Shown: one piece after another, positions 7,586 through 16,076 of the stretch
Layout: each line of letters opens with the position of its first letter
How positions within the stretch are numbered: the stretch's first letter is position 1
Assembly: GCA_050309605.1 (NCBI GenBank)
Contig: JBNRMN010000013.1
Span: forward strand, 1-16,076
Direction of reading: 5' to 3'
DNA: 16,076 nucleotides
Source of the DNA: Anaerohalosphaeraceae bacterium
GTDB taxonomy: Bacteria > Planctomycetota > Phycisphaerae > Sedimentisphaerales > Anaerohalosphaeraceae
The notes under the pieces: generated by a model
Databases searched by the model: none
What the model was told of the DNA's origin: nothing
The model's input: only the letters and a program-made list of their open reading frames with translations
Translations under genes and position numbers: made by a program

Positions 7586-10500
7586 CTACTGCATTATCCG
7601 CAATGTAACGATTTCCTGCGATACCATCGGAATCGCACCGTTAATCTTCTTTATTTTCTTTTCCAGAGGGTTACTCAACCACACGGTATGATCCCCCTCT
7701 TTCCATTTCACAGAGGCGATTGTATTAGTGGTATTCGTATTAAATAAGCGTACCATCGTGCCGTCTCCGTCCCTACAGGGCTTGACGCTGGTTACCACAA
7801 TGCCATTGCCATTTACTTCCAGATTAGACTGAAGAACGGGACTTTTCCCATAAGACTCAACGACAATCAAGGGCTGATGAACGGCACGACTGACCTGCTG
7901 GGATTTTACCGCGTCATACCCTCCCGCGTGCGGCCAGATGGCGTATAAAAACGGAATCCGTCCGTCCTGATCAGCGGCGTAATTCGTTTCCCAGTGATTG
8001 TTCATGACCCATGAATGGATTGTTTGATTCGGCGTAAGCGTTGTGCGAAAATCGTTTTTATCTCTTGCGGAAGCGATTTTAATGGGATCCCATTGAACAA
8101 TCGGGGCATCGATTGACACCCACGTTACGCCGTAATGCTCGTTGGAGATATCCACAAACCGCTGCACGCAAAAGAAATTCTTATTGGCACCGTTAATCTG
8201 ATCTTTATCGGGCTGGAATACCGACCAAGGCGTATCAATCTTCATTGTGCCATTGGGAATATTAAATGGGAAACTGAAATAGACGCCTTCCGGACGACGC
8301 TCTTTCTGCTTATCGACAACATTGGCCATCTGAACAATATCCGAGTTTTGTGTCATACGAACGATACGTGTCAGTTGATTGGCTCCCGGCGCCTTGCATT
8401 CAATCTTCAGCGCCCCGACCAGCGGCCCGGCATCCACAACGGAGATCGTGACAGACGAATCGATCCGCATGTTGTTCTTTTGGGCATCTCTTCCAATGAT
8501 GTATAAATAGTCGTTGATGCCATAGCCTTTGGAGAGGTCCGCCATTTCAACGCCCGCCTTTTTGTGTTTCAGGCTCTCAATGGCCCCAGTCTGAGAATCC
8601 AGAACCACCCGAACAGACCCATTATCCAGAGAATGCTGATCGACATTCAGCGCGGTCCCCTTGAAGACAGCCTTGCCTGCTTTAACAAAAAACCGTTTCG
8701 CGCCAAAAGCCGGCACGTTTTCCGCCATAAATGCCAACTCTCCGGAAGACAGACGCTGCGATGCGACAGGCTGTCCGTTCTCATCTTCGATGCGGTCGCC
8801 TGTTTTTGATTGTTCCGGACCCAGGAAGACGACCTCGCTGCGTACCCAGTTCAACGTGTTATAGACGTCGATAGCATCCGAGCCGGTCTTTTGATGCTCC
8901 CGGATACCGCGATCCAACAGATCGGAAGCCTTCCGGGCGCCATCCAGCGCGTAGTTTTGTTTGTATTTCGCCTGCTGAATAACAAAGTCATTATCCGGGT
9001 CGCTGATACTGTTCCAGGCCCCCCATGTGTGCTCATCGTACATAATCAGTTTATTCCACGCCAGTTCAAATTCATCATGCGGATAGCTGCCTGCATCGAG
9101 CAGGGTCCACAGGGTTTGAGCCTGTACCAACCGCTCGGCCGCCCGGCGGCTGATACCGGTATCTGCGGACGTTGACGCCATACCGTCTTCCCAATAAGGC
9201 GTAAAATCGCCTTTCACCACCGGGATCACATCTTCGTAACGCCTTTCCAATTCTTTCATCATGTCGCTGTTGCGGCTTATGATTAACTTGGGCCAAACAT
9301 ATTTTTCATTCCATTCCTTTACGGAATCAGGCAGGGCAGGGTTGGGCGGGCCATTATCGGCGCCGATGCTATATCTTACATTAATTATATCATAGGGGTA
9401 TCCTGCTTTTTCAAGATCATCCAAATAGGAAAGCACCCGTTCCTGTTCACTCTGCAGGGTATGCCCGACCGGTCTGTAATGGAACCAGGAATAGGGTTTT
9501 CCTGCCATCCAGAATAATATCCTGTTTGTGCCGCACGGTGAAACCCAGTAAAATGGTTTATCTCCCCATTCAAACACATGTCCGATACGATGGCTGGCGT
9601 TAGGCGAGACATTCAAATACTTCACACCGTGATGCGCCAACGCATTAACCAGCCCCCAGGGATGCCCCGGAATATCTGTCAGCATCGCCGAATCAACGGT
9701 GATTCCGTATTCTTCTCCATACCTGGTCGCCGCAGCGATAAGCTCAAACAGCTCTTCCTCGGAATAGGCTCCCGCCATCGCCTGCGCGTACAGCGCATCA
9801 ATATGAATATCCCTTGTTTTTGTCGCCTCAATAAACCGCCGCTTATTTTCTTCCGACTCCGTGCGCAGAAATTCCTCGACCGCCCACATGCCTTCCGGGT
9901 GCCATTTGAAGCGGGCCTCCTGAGGGTAGTCCTTGCTGACTTCTATGTACTCCAGAGCCTTATAAAAATGATCAATTTGATTGCGTAACACCTCTTCCTG
10001 TTTGTGCGTGTAACCAATGTCAAGATGCGTCTGATGGACGAGATGGATTTCCCATTTCCGCACCGGGAACAGACTCAGGACGGTGCCGGCCGCCTTGACG
10101 CCGTTTTGCAGGGTAATGGTAACATCGCCTGATTCTTCACAACCAATGGGAAGAAAGACCTCTGCCGCCTGCAAAACGCCTGAACCAGGATCTATAATCC
10201 GCCGATATTTTTTTCCTTGATAGTCAAATGTCACCTCTACCGGCTCAACGACAAAACCTCCGGTAAATTTTAAGTTAATCAGCCGGCTGTCTCCTTCCTC
10301 GCCTCGATAACACAATAAATTCCGTGAAGATGCTTCGATGCCGGTTATCGGGGACAGTTTGGAATATCCCACCAGTTCAAGAGCATCGTAAATCATCCAT
10401 GATCCACGGGTTGTTATCCTGATCTTGTTCTCGCCCATATTGAAAACCTGTTTATTAAAAATGATCTCATGTGTTTGATGGCCTCCGGCGTTGGGATTCC

Positions 10501-10927
10501 GCAATGCACTATCTCCGGGGCCTGGTTTGGTCTGCAAATGCCATTGTTTATCATTAATCCGAACGTCCAGTGCCGGCGGAGCCGAACCATGAGACGATGT
10601 TAAATGGATATTAAAGGCGTAATAATCGTACGGTTTCTCACCTACGTTAAATTTAATAACATAGGTATGATGGCGGCCCCCCGCCCAGGCATCCATTTGA
10701 CCGGGATGCACGGAAGGCCATGCCGTGGACTCGGAATCTTTTCCAATCGTGAATTCTATATCACCCGGAAAATGCGCGTTGTATTGTCCCCTATCGGCAA
10801 CACCCGCCAAAGCAAATTCAGCGAAATCTCCATCTTTTTTTCCGATTTCCCAGATGCTCACTGTCTCGCTCGCATAGGCGGAAACTGAAACAAAAAGACA
10901 GATCAAAAACATTTCACTCAACTTCAT
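7586..10927 (-). CDS. Secreted GH38-like glycoside hydrolase (alpha-mannosidase-like) with N-terminal PL4 domain-III/CBM-like module; paralogue A
   Basis: Signal peptide MKLSEMFLICLFVSVSAYA and an N-terminal module IWEIGKKDG..AEFA..WPSVHPG..DAWAG..YDALEL. GH38-type Zn motif HQTHLDIGYT, putative nucleophile in AMLTDIPG, plus DNGPP, EHTWG and NNHWETN. The ATG at 10927 follows AAGGGA; the ORF track starts at 10933. Confidence 0.88.
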   Translation of the reverse strand: MKLSEMFLICLFVSVSAYASETVSIWEIGKKDGDFAEFALAGVADRGQYNAHFPGDIEFTIGKDSESTAWPSVHPGQMDAWAGGRHHTYVIKFNVGEKPYDYYAFNIHLTSSHGSAPPALDVRINDKQWHLQTKPGPGDSALRNPNAGGHQTHEIIFNKQVFNMGENKIRITTRGSWMIYDALELVGYSKLSPITGIEASSRNLLCYRGEEGDSRLINLKFTGGFVVEPVEVTFDYQGKKYRRIIDPGSGVLQAAEVFLPIGCEESGDVTITLQNGVKAAGTVLSLFPVRKWEIHLVHQTHLDIGYTHKQEEVLRNQIDHFYKALEYIEVSKDYPQEARFKWHPEGMWAVEEFLRTESEENKRRFIEATKTRDIHIDALYAQAMAGAYSEEELFELIAAATRYGEEYGITVDSAMLTDIPGHPWGLVNALAHHGVKYLNVSPNASHRIGHVFEWGDKPFYWVSPCGTNRILFWMAGKPYSWFHYRPVGHTLQSEQERVLSYLDDLEKAGYPYDIINVRYSIGADNGPPNPALPDSVKEWNEKYVWPKLIISRNSDMMKELERRYEDVIPVVKGDFTPYWEDGMASTSADTGISRRAAERLVQAQTLWTLLDAGSYPHDEFELAWNKLIMYDEHTWGAWNSISDPDNDFVIQQAKYKQNYALDGARKASDLLDRGIREHQKTGSDAIDVYNTLNWVRSEVVFLGPEQSKTGDRIEDENGQPVASQRLSSGELAFMAENVPAFGAKRFFVKAGKAVFKGTALNVDQHSLDNGSVRVVLDSQTGAIESLKHKKAGVEMADLSKGYGINDYLYIIGRDAQKNNMRIDSSVTISVVDAGPLVGALKIECKAPGANQLTRIVRMTQNSDIVQMANVVDKQKERRPEGVYFSFPFNIPNGTMKIDTPWSVFQPDKDQINGANKNFFCVQRFVDISNEHYGVTWVSIDAPIVQWDPIKIASARDKNDFRTTLTPNQTIHSWVMNNHWETNYAADQDGRIPFLYAIWPHAGGYDAVKSQQVSRAVHQPLIVVESYGKSPVLQSNLEVNGNGIVVTSVKPCRDGDGTMVRLFNTNTTNTIASVKWKEGDHTVWLSNPLEKKIKKINGAIPMVSQEIVTLRIMQ

Positions 10928-10962
10928 TGTCAAATCCCTTTCAATATCAAACTTTTACAGAT

Positions 10963-13900
10963 TCATTCACCTGCACCGGACAACTGATATTTATCGACAT
11001 CAATCGACCCAAAACAGATCTCTTCTTTTGAAACGGCCATATGAGGGTCACTGACATTTTTCTGCAAACGCAAGGTAACAATTTCAAATGGAACCATCGA
11101 GAATGGTCCGCTGACTGTTGACTTTTTATCTTCAAATGGACTGCTGAACCAGACCGAGGAACCCTCGCCGCCTCTGGACCAGTTCAGTGTCGTTTCAATG
11201 GCATTCTCTGCATCAGAATTGTACAATCTGACCATCAAGGCCGTCTTGTCCCGGCTCGGCTTGACGGTACTGACAACAATTCCATCCCCTTGCACATGAA
11301 ACAATGGCGAAACCGTCGAGCGTTCAGGGTTCACGGAAACCGCCCGCAGGGGTTGATGCAGTGACCTGCCGTATCTTTCAGCCTTGCCGGAATCATACCC
11401 ATGGGCATGAGGCGCAAGCGTATACCGAAACGTCATAATCCCCTCCTGGTCGGCTTTGTAGTTTTTATCCCAGTGATTATTCATTACCCAAGAGTGCAGT
11501 GCCTGTCCCGGCTCAAGGCACGTTCGAAACGCGTCATAATCGGTTCCATGTTTTGAAAAAAGAATGGGATTAAATTGAACCATCGGGGCATCAAGACTTG
11601 ACCACGTTATACCGTAACTGTCATTTGAGATATCAACCCATCGCTGCGTACAGAAAAAGTTTCTGTTTGCACCCTCAATCTGATCGGTTTCCGGCTGCAT
11701 GACTCCCCATTGGATGTCAATTTTCATTTCACCATCCGGAATATTAAATGGAAAATCAAACGACACACTTTCAGGATCGCGCACCTTGCGTTTATCAAGA
11801 GTATTGGAAATGTAAAGCCGATCAATACCGTCAAACACACGCAGGATGCGATTCAAAGAATTACATCCCGGTGCACCACTGCTCAGTTTAACCGTGGCCA
11901 CCAGAGGACCATTATCAAGAATCGTAACCGTTATCGGCTCATCGATTCGCTGATGTCCTGAAGAATCATCGCGTCCAAGAATATATAAATAATCATTCAA
12001 CCCTCGCCCCATCGCAGTATCCACTAAATTAGCCGGAATACCGCTATGAGTTAAAGTGATCAAGGCGCCGTTCTGAATATCCCATTGCGCAGAGAGCATT
12101 CCGTTATCAATTCGGCTATCGGAGATAACCGCATCGCCCGTCGAAGTTGAACTGCCCGGATGAATAGTAAACCGTTTTGCGCCCAAAGCAGGAACATCAG
12201 AAGCGAGAAAAGCCAACTCCCCGGTAGACAGCCGCTGAGAAGGAACAACTTCGCCCGATGCGTCTTTAACCCTGTTGCCGGTCGTCGAATCAGAGGCGTC
12301 GATTAATACGAACTCCGTTCTTGGCCAGTTTAACGTATTGAATACCTCGATTGTGTGGGTGTTCGATTGATGAATATCGGCAACCGCACCGGTTATTAAT
12401 TGATCCGTCATCCTTGCACCATCCAGCGCAAACTGCTGTTTGTAAGCGGCTTGTTGAATGGCAAAATCACTATCGGGTTGGGATATACTGTTGTTTGCCC
12501 CCCACGTATGCTCGTCATACATAATCAGTTTTTGCCATGTCAGGTCAAAATCCTTATGCGGATAATTACCTGCGTCAAGCATCGACCAAAGTGTTTGGGC
12601 CTGAACGAGCTTTTCACAAGATTGACGATTCATCGCCGTGTCGGCGGCGGTGGACGCGCTGCCGTCTTCCCAATAAGGGGTAAAATCTTTCTGTCTGATC
12701 GGAATTTGGGAACCATAACGCCGCTCAAACTCGACCATCATGTCGCTGTTTGAGGCCACAATCAGCTTGGGATAGGCATATTTTTCATTCCATTTCTTGA
12801 CGGAATCGGGCAATGCAGGGTTGGGCGGGCCATTATTGCCCCTAATATTATATCGTATATTAACCATATCGTATGGATATCCCTTGCTCTTGAGATCCTC
12901 CAAATAGGCTAATATTATTTCCTGTTCACTGAGCAGGGTATGCCCGACCGGCCTGCCGTGAAACCAATTGTACCCCTTCCCGGCCATCCAGAATAATATC
13001 TTATTTTTACCGCACGGTGAAACCCAATACAACGGTTTATCTCCCCATTCATATACATGCCCGATACGATTCCCGCGATTGGGAGCAACATTCATGTACT
13101 TTATGCCGTGATGTGCCAACGCATTTACCAATCCCCATGTATAGCCCGGAACATCGGTCAGCATCGCGGAATTGATTTCTATGCCGTACTTCTGACTATA
13201 CCGACCGGCAGCCCCCATTAATTCAAATAATTCCTCCTCGGAATAAATCCCGGTCAACGCTTGAGCATACAGCGCATCCAAATGAATTGTTTTGTCCTGT
13301 GTTGCCTGAATAAAGCGGCATTTATCTGTTTCCGAGGCACGACGGAGAAATTCCTCAACGGCCCACATGCCTTCCGGGTGCCATTTGAAGGCCTCTGTCG
13401 CAGGACGACCCGTTGACTGATCGATGTAATCCAATGCGTTATACAGATGATTCACCTGTGTATTCATCACTTTCTGCTGCGTATCCGTATACCCGATATC
13501 CAAATGGGTCTGGTGGATCAGATATATCTCCCATCGCCGCTCAGGCTCGACAGCGGCTGCCCTGCTAACAGAACCTTGAGGAGTGATGATGGTTATCGTA
13601 ATGTCATCGCGCTCGGTCCCCCCGGATACTGGGGCCAAAACATATGCATCGCCGATTACAGCGGCCTCGGAATTTATGCGACGTAGATAGGTACCTTCAT
13701 GCGTCACAATCTCGACTTCGGCGGGTGTCGATAAAACTTGGCCCTTAAAGTCCAGATAAAATTCCCGGCTGTCACCTTCCGAACTGTGATACCAGAAAGG
13801 CTGGGGAACGATCTCAAAATCGGTCAGGTGGGCAATGGTTTCTAATCCCTTTAACACAACGGCGTCATACAGCATCCAGGAGCCGTTTGTTGTGATGGTG

Positions 13901-14478
13901 ATAACATTTCCGCTTGCCTGTAATAGATCGGGACGGATAAATGCGGTAAAGGTTTGGAAATTGCCGCCGGTCGGATTTGTTAAGACACTGTCTCCCGGCC
14001 CGTTCGTGGTTTGATAGTGCCATCGTTGCCCATTGAAGTCAACGGTTATAGATGGCGGATTCTGATGTTGTGAAGCCGTTAAATGTATATCGAGTTGGTA
14101 GAGAACGTAATTTGGGATGTTTTCGCAATCAAATCGTACGATAAACGGATGCTGCCGGCTGCCGGCCCAGGCATCAGCGGTCGACGGCTGAATATAGGAC
14201 CAGCCGGATGCCGGCGAATCCGTCCCAATGGCATAATCCACGTCATTGGGGAATTGCGTTGTATAAGTGGAATAATTGCCGGCAATGGCAAATTCTGTAT
14301 AATCTTTATCCGTTGCTCCGATCTGCCATACAGTTGTACCGGTCCCCAGGGCAATTCCGACAACCGGCAAAAAAAAACATTGAGTCCAGAATACAACAGT
14401 TCTCTTGTCAGGCTCAAATTTGTTCATAAAAATTGCCAAACTATCCTGCTCCCATATCGTCTCAAAAAATCTTACCAT
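10963..14478 (-). CDS. Secreted GH38-like protein with N-terminal PL4 domain-III/CBM-like module; paralogue B
   Basis: 1171-aa ORF colinear with paralogue A, with VWQIGATDK..TEFA, HQTHLDIGYT, FKWHPEGMWAVEEFLR, AMLTDVPG, EHTWG and NNHWDKN. It has a hydrophobic N-terminal segment, and the true start may be the ATG at 14427. Confidence 0.88.
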   Translation of the reverse strand: MVRFFETIWEQDSLAIFMNKFEPDKRTVVFWTQCFFLPVVGIALGTGTTVWQIGATDKDYTEFAIAGNYSTYTTQFPNDVDYAIGTDSPASGWSYIQPSTADAWAGSRQHPFIVRFDCENIPNYVLYQLDIHLTASQHQNPPSITVDFNGQRWHYQTTNGPGDSVLTNPTGGNFQTFTAFIRPDLLQASGNVITITTNGSWMLYDAVVLKGLETIAHLTDFEIVPQPFWYHSSEGDSREFYLDFKGQVLSTPAEVEIVTHEGTYLRRINSEAAVIGDAYVLAPVSGGTERDDITITIITPQGSVSRAAAVEPERRWEIYLIHQTHLDIGYTDTQQKVMNTQVNHLYNALDYIDQSTGRPATEAFKWHPEGMWAVEEFLRRASETDKCRFIQATQDKTIHLDALYAQALTGIYSEEELFELMGAAGRYSQKYGIEINSAMLTDVPGYTWGLVNALAHHGIKYMNVAPNRGNRIGHVYEWGDKPLYWVSPCGKNKILFWMAGKGYNWFHGRPVGHTLLSEQEIILAYLEDLKSKGYPYDMVNIRYNIRGNNGPPNPALPDSVKKWNEKYAYPKLIVASNSDMMVEFERRYGSQIPIRQKDFTPYWEDGSASTAADTAMNRQSCEKLVQAQTLWSMLDAGNYPHKDFDLTWQKLIMYDEHTWGANNSISQPDSDFAIQQAAYKQQFALDGARMTDQLITGAVADIHQSNTHTIEVFNTLNWPRTEFVLIDASDSTTGNRVKDASGEVVPSQRLSTGELAFLASDVPALGAKRFTIHPGSSTSTGDAVISDSRIDNGMLSAQWDIQNGALITLTHSGIPANLVDTAMGRGLNDYLYILGRDDSSGHQRIDEPITVTILDNGPLVATVKLSSGAPGCNSLNRILRVFDGIDRLYISNTLDKRKVRDPESVSFDFPFNIPDGEMKIDIQWGVMQPETDQIEGANRNFFCTQRWVDISNDSYGITWSSLDAPMVQFNPILFSKHGTDYDAFRTCLEPGQALHSWVMNNHWDKNYKADQEGIMTFRYTLAPHAHGYDSGKAERYGRSLHQPLRAVSVNPERSTVSPLFHVQGDGIVVSTVKPSRDKTALMVRLYNSDAENAIETTLNWSRGGEGSSVWFSSPFEDKKSTVSGPFSMVPFEIVTLRLQKNVSDPHMAVSKEEICFGSIDVDKYQLSGAGE

Positions 14479-14694
14479 AAAGAATCATACTGTTGATTAA
14501 AATCCCACCCAAATCGAAAATATGCTTTTTTGACTCAATGGATGTTTTGCGTCCTTGGGGGCACTAATCCCCATCTTTTTTTCTTTTGAGCATCTTGCAC
14601 GTGTACGATTGAATTTATTCGTTATAGTTTAGTTTCCGTTTACGGTGTAAAAACATACCGATTCCCAATAACGTCAGCGTCGCCGGCGGCGGTT

Positions 14695-15495
14695 TTATCG
14701 CATCCAGGCGGGCCAATTGTAATTGTCCCGATGGCCAATATTAAACTCTCTGTGCCATTTGAGATTCCAAAGTTCCTTGATGTCAACATTTCTGGAGGAG
14801 TTGTCCATGAATACAACATTGGTCATCTTGCCATGACGCGTCAATGTAACCGTTTGCATATAACCGTCGCCGCCGCTGCCGCCCCATTCCTGATCGTTGG
14901 GCACGTCGGTATGATCCGGCCACACATCGACCCAGCGGGAATCTGCAAACAAAGGAACTTGGTACGGGCCAGGTACCTTGTCCAATCTACCCCAACAGAG
15001 ATCCTCTGGGTCAATACCGCCCGAGACAGGGGCACCCCATGTTCCATATCTTGGGTCCATAATCCAGGCATTCGGAGCATAACTTGCCCAAGTCCATCGC
15101 AGGGGAGGAATCCTTGGCCGGTCTGCACTGCCCCACGACTGATCCGCCCTGCTCGGACCCATACCAAACCCGTCCGATGTAGGAATGTCCCCCTCCAGGC
15201 CAGTTGTCGGACAGAGAAGCACCTTCAGGTCGTCGTTATAAACCTTGAATCGCTGGATCCACCACTGGCCATGACTCCACCCTCCACCAGTACCACCGGC
15301 ATCGGGAAAGATGTTGCCGTTGTCGTCGAGGTAGAACTTAACCATGAGACTCCACTGCCTGAGATTTGAGGCACAAACCGTTCGCTGAGCCAAACTTTTT
15401 GCCGACCGCAATGCCGGCATAATAATGGACAGCAGCAACGCAATGATCGCAACCACCACCAGCAACTCAATTAAGGTGAATGCTTTTTGACGCAT
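14695..15495 (-). CDS. Prepilin-type N-terminal cleavage/methylation domain protein (DUF1559 / H-X9-DG-like, PVC-type pilin-like protein)
   Basis: Class III signal MRQKA|FTLIELLVVVAIIALLLSIIMPAL, followed by AK..AQRTVCASNLRQW and a C-terminal RHGKMTNVVFMDNS. RBS AAGGA lies upstream of the ATG. Confidence 0.93.
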   Translation of the reverse strand: MRQKAFTLIELLVVVAIIALLLSIIMPALRSAKSLAQRTVCASNLRQWSLMVKFYLDDNGNIFPDAGGTGGGWSHGQWWIQRFKVYNDDLKVLLCPTTGLEGDIPTSDGFGMGPSRADQSWGSADRPRIPPLRWTWASYAPNAWIMDPRYGTWGAPVSGGIDPEDLCWGRLDKVPGPYQVPLFADSRWVDVWPDHTDVPNDQEWGGSGGDGYMQTVTLTRHGKMTNVVFMDNSSRNVDIKELWNLKWHREFNIGHRDNYNWPAWMR

Positions 15496-15557
15496 AACTT
15501 ATTCCTTTAAACTCTATTTTACCCAGACATCAAAATCACCACATTTTGACAACCGCC

Positions 15558-15591
15558 TGTACGGGTTGGCCATGTATTGCCAACCCGTACA
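15558..15591. terminator. Perfect 13-bp inverted repeat (stem-loop) upstream of the pilin-like gene
   Basis: TGTACGGGTTGGC-catgtatt-GCCAACCCGTACA. There is no clear U-tract on the minus strand, so terminator, RNA-stabilising hairpin and operator roles cannot be distinguished. Confidence 0.5.
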
Positions 15592-15608
15592 CATGCGTTC
15601 CCTTTTGA

Positions 15609-16076
15609 CTCAAGTTGACTGATTTTTTAAACATAGATTTATGCGGCGATCAGTAGTCGCCCAAGCTCTTTGACAATTTGCGTTCCACTGGACAGTTTCT
15701 TTAAGTGTTCCGTCAGATCGTTCCAGACGATGCGACGCGCCTCGTTTTGCAGGTCTGCGGTAGACAGCTTTACAGCCGGTTTTCGTTGTGCTTTTGCACC
15801 TTCGCCGGTGATGGCGATGTGGGTCAGCAGGGCATAGGCGAAGCACACCAGATGCAGGTGTGTAACTGCCGCTTCAAGTGAAACGTTCTGGTATTGGCCC
15901 AGCCCCAAGTGCTGTTTGCCGTCCTTGAAAAAGACCTCAATACTCCAGCGGTCGTCATACGTCCGAATCATCTGTCCGGCCGAAAGTTTCGGATCATCGG
16001 TCACGATGCCCAGTATCTTCTTGTCGCGATTCTTGCGCGAAAAGATTACATGCAGCGGTCCCAAATCGCTGACCGC
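15609..16076 (-). mobile_element. Right end of an IS4/IS701-type insertion sequence
   Basis: Transposase 3' end plus ~30 bp downstream. The boundary near CTCAAGTTGAC (15609-15619) is a guess because the partner terminal inverted repeat is not in the window. Confidence 0.6.
15639..16076 (-). CDS. DDE transposase, IS4/IS701-type, C-terminal part (5' end outside the window)
   Basis: YDDRWSIEVFFKDGK matches the Y-2-R-3-E-6-K signature, followed by QHLGLGQYQ...HLHLVCFAY as seen in IS701-like transposases. The frame is open to the window edge. Confidence 0.9.
   Translation of the reverse strand, partial: AVSDLGPLHVIFSRKNRDKKILGIVTDDPKLSAGQMIRTYDDRWSIEVFFKDGKQHLGLGQYQNVSLEAAVTHLHLVCFAYALLTHIAITGEGAKAQRKPAVKLSTADLQNEARRIVWNDLTEHLKKLSSGTQIVKELGRLLIAA

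Noticed and set aside
14369..14377. A9/T9 homopolymer in the signal-peptide region of GH38-B as a phase-variation tract
   Set aside because: The frame is intact, T-runs are common in Phe/Leu-rich signal sequences, and there is no evidence of length variation.
14556..14655. TGGGG/CCCCA hairpin with T-run, and a TTTACA...TATAAC promoter-like pair on the minus strand
   Set aside because: The hairpin is weak and oriented for the + strand, where no gene exists. The promoter spacing is 19 bp, too poor to call.
6105..15846. Small ORFs overlapping the MFS, GH38, pilin and transposase genes (e.g. 14731-15369 +)
   Set aside because: They are alternative-frame or antisense shadows of well-supported genes.

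Overview
The window has three parts. (1) Bases 16-5467 are the trailer-side part of a large, very uniform CRISPR array. It has 83 copies by manual count of the 32-bp type I-C-like repeat GTCGCCCCCATCACGGGGGCGTGGATTGAAAC, with 32-36-bp spacers. No cas genes or leader are in view, and several spacers translate to short phage-like protein motifs. (2) Bases ~5500-5960 look like a rearrangement scar: the array lacks a terminal repeat and abuts a dockerin/EF-hand plus RHS gene fragment, which is fused to a nonsense-mutated, truncated ROK sugar-kinase pseudogene. (3) Bases 6053-15495 are a minus-strand carbohydrate-utilisation cluster with no SusC/SusD in the window. It contains a prepilin-type (DUF1559/H-X9-DG-like) protein, two tandem secreted paralogues (PL4 domain-III-like module plus divergent GH38), and an MFS sugar porter. 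One paralogue has Asn at the probable acid/base Asp position. An IS4/IS701-type transposase runs off the right edge. The gene content suggests a Planctomycetota (Phycisphaerae-like) host, which is an inference.
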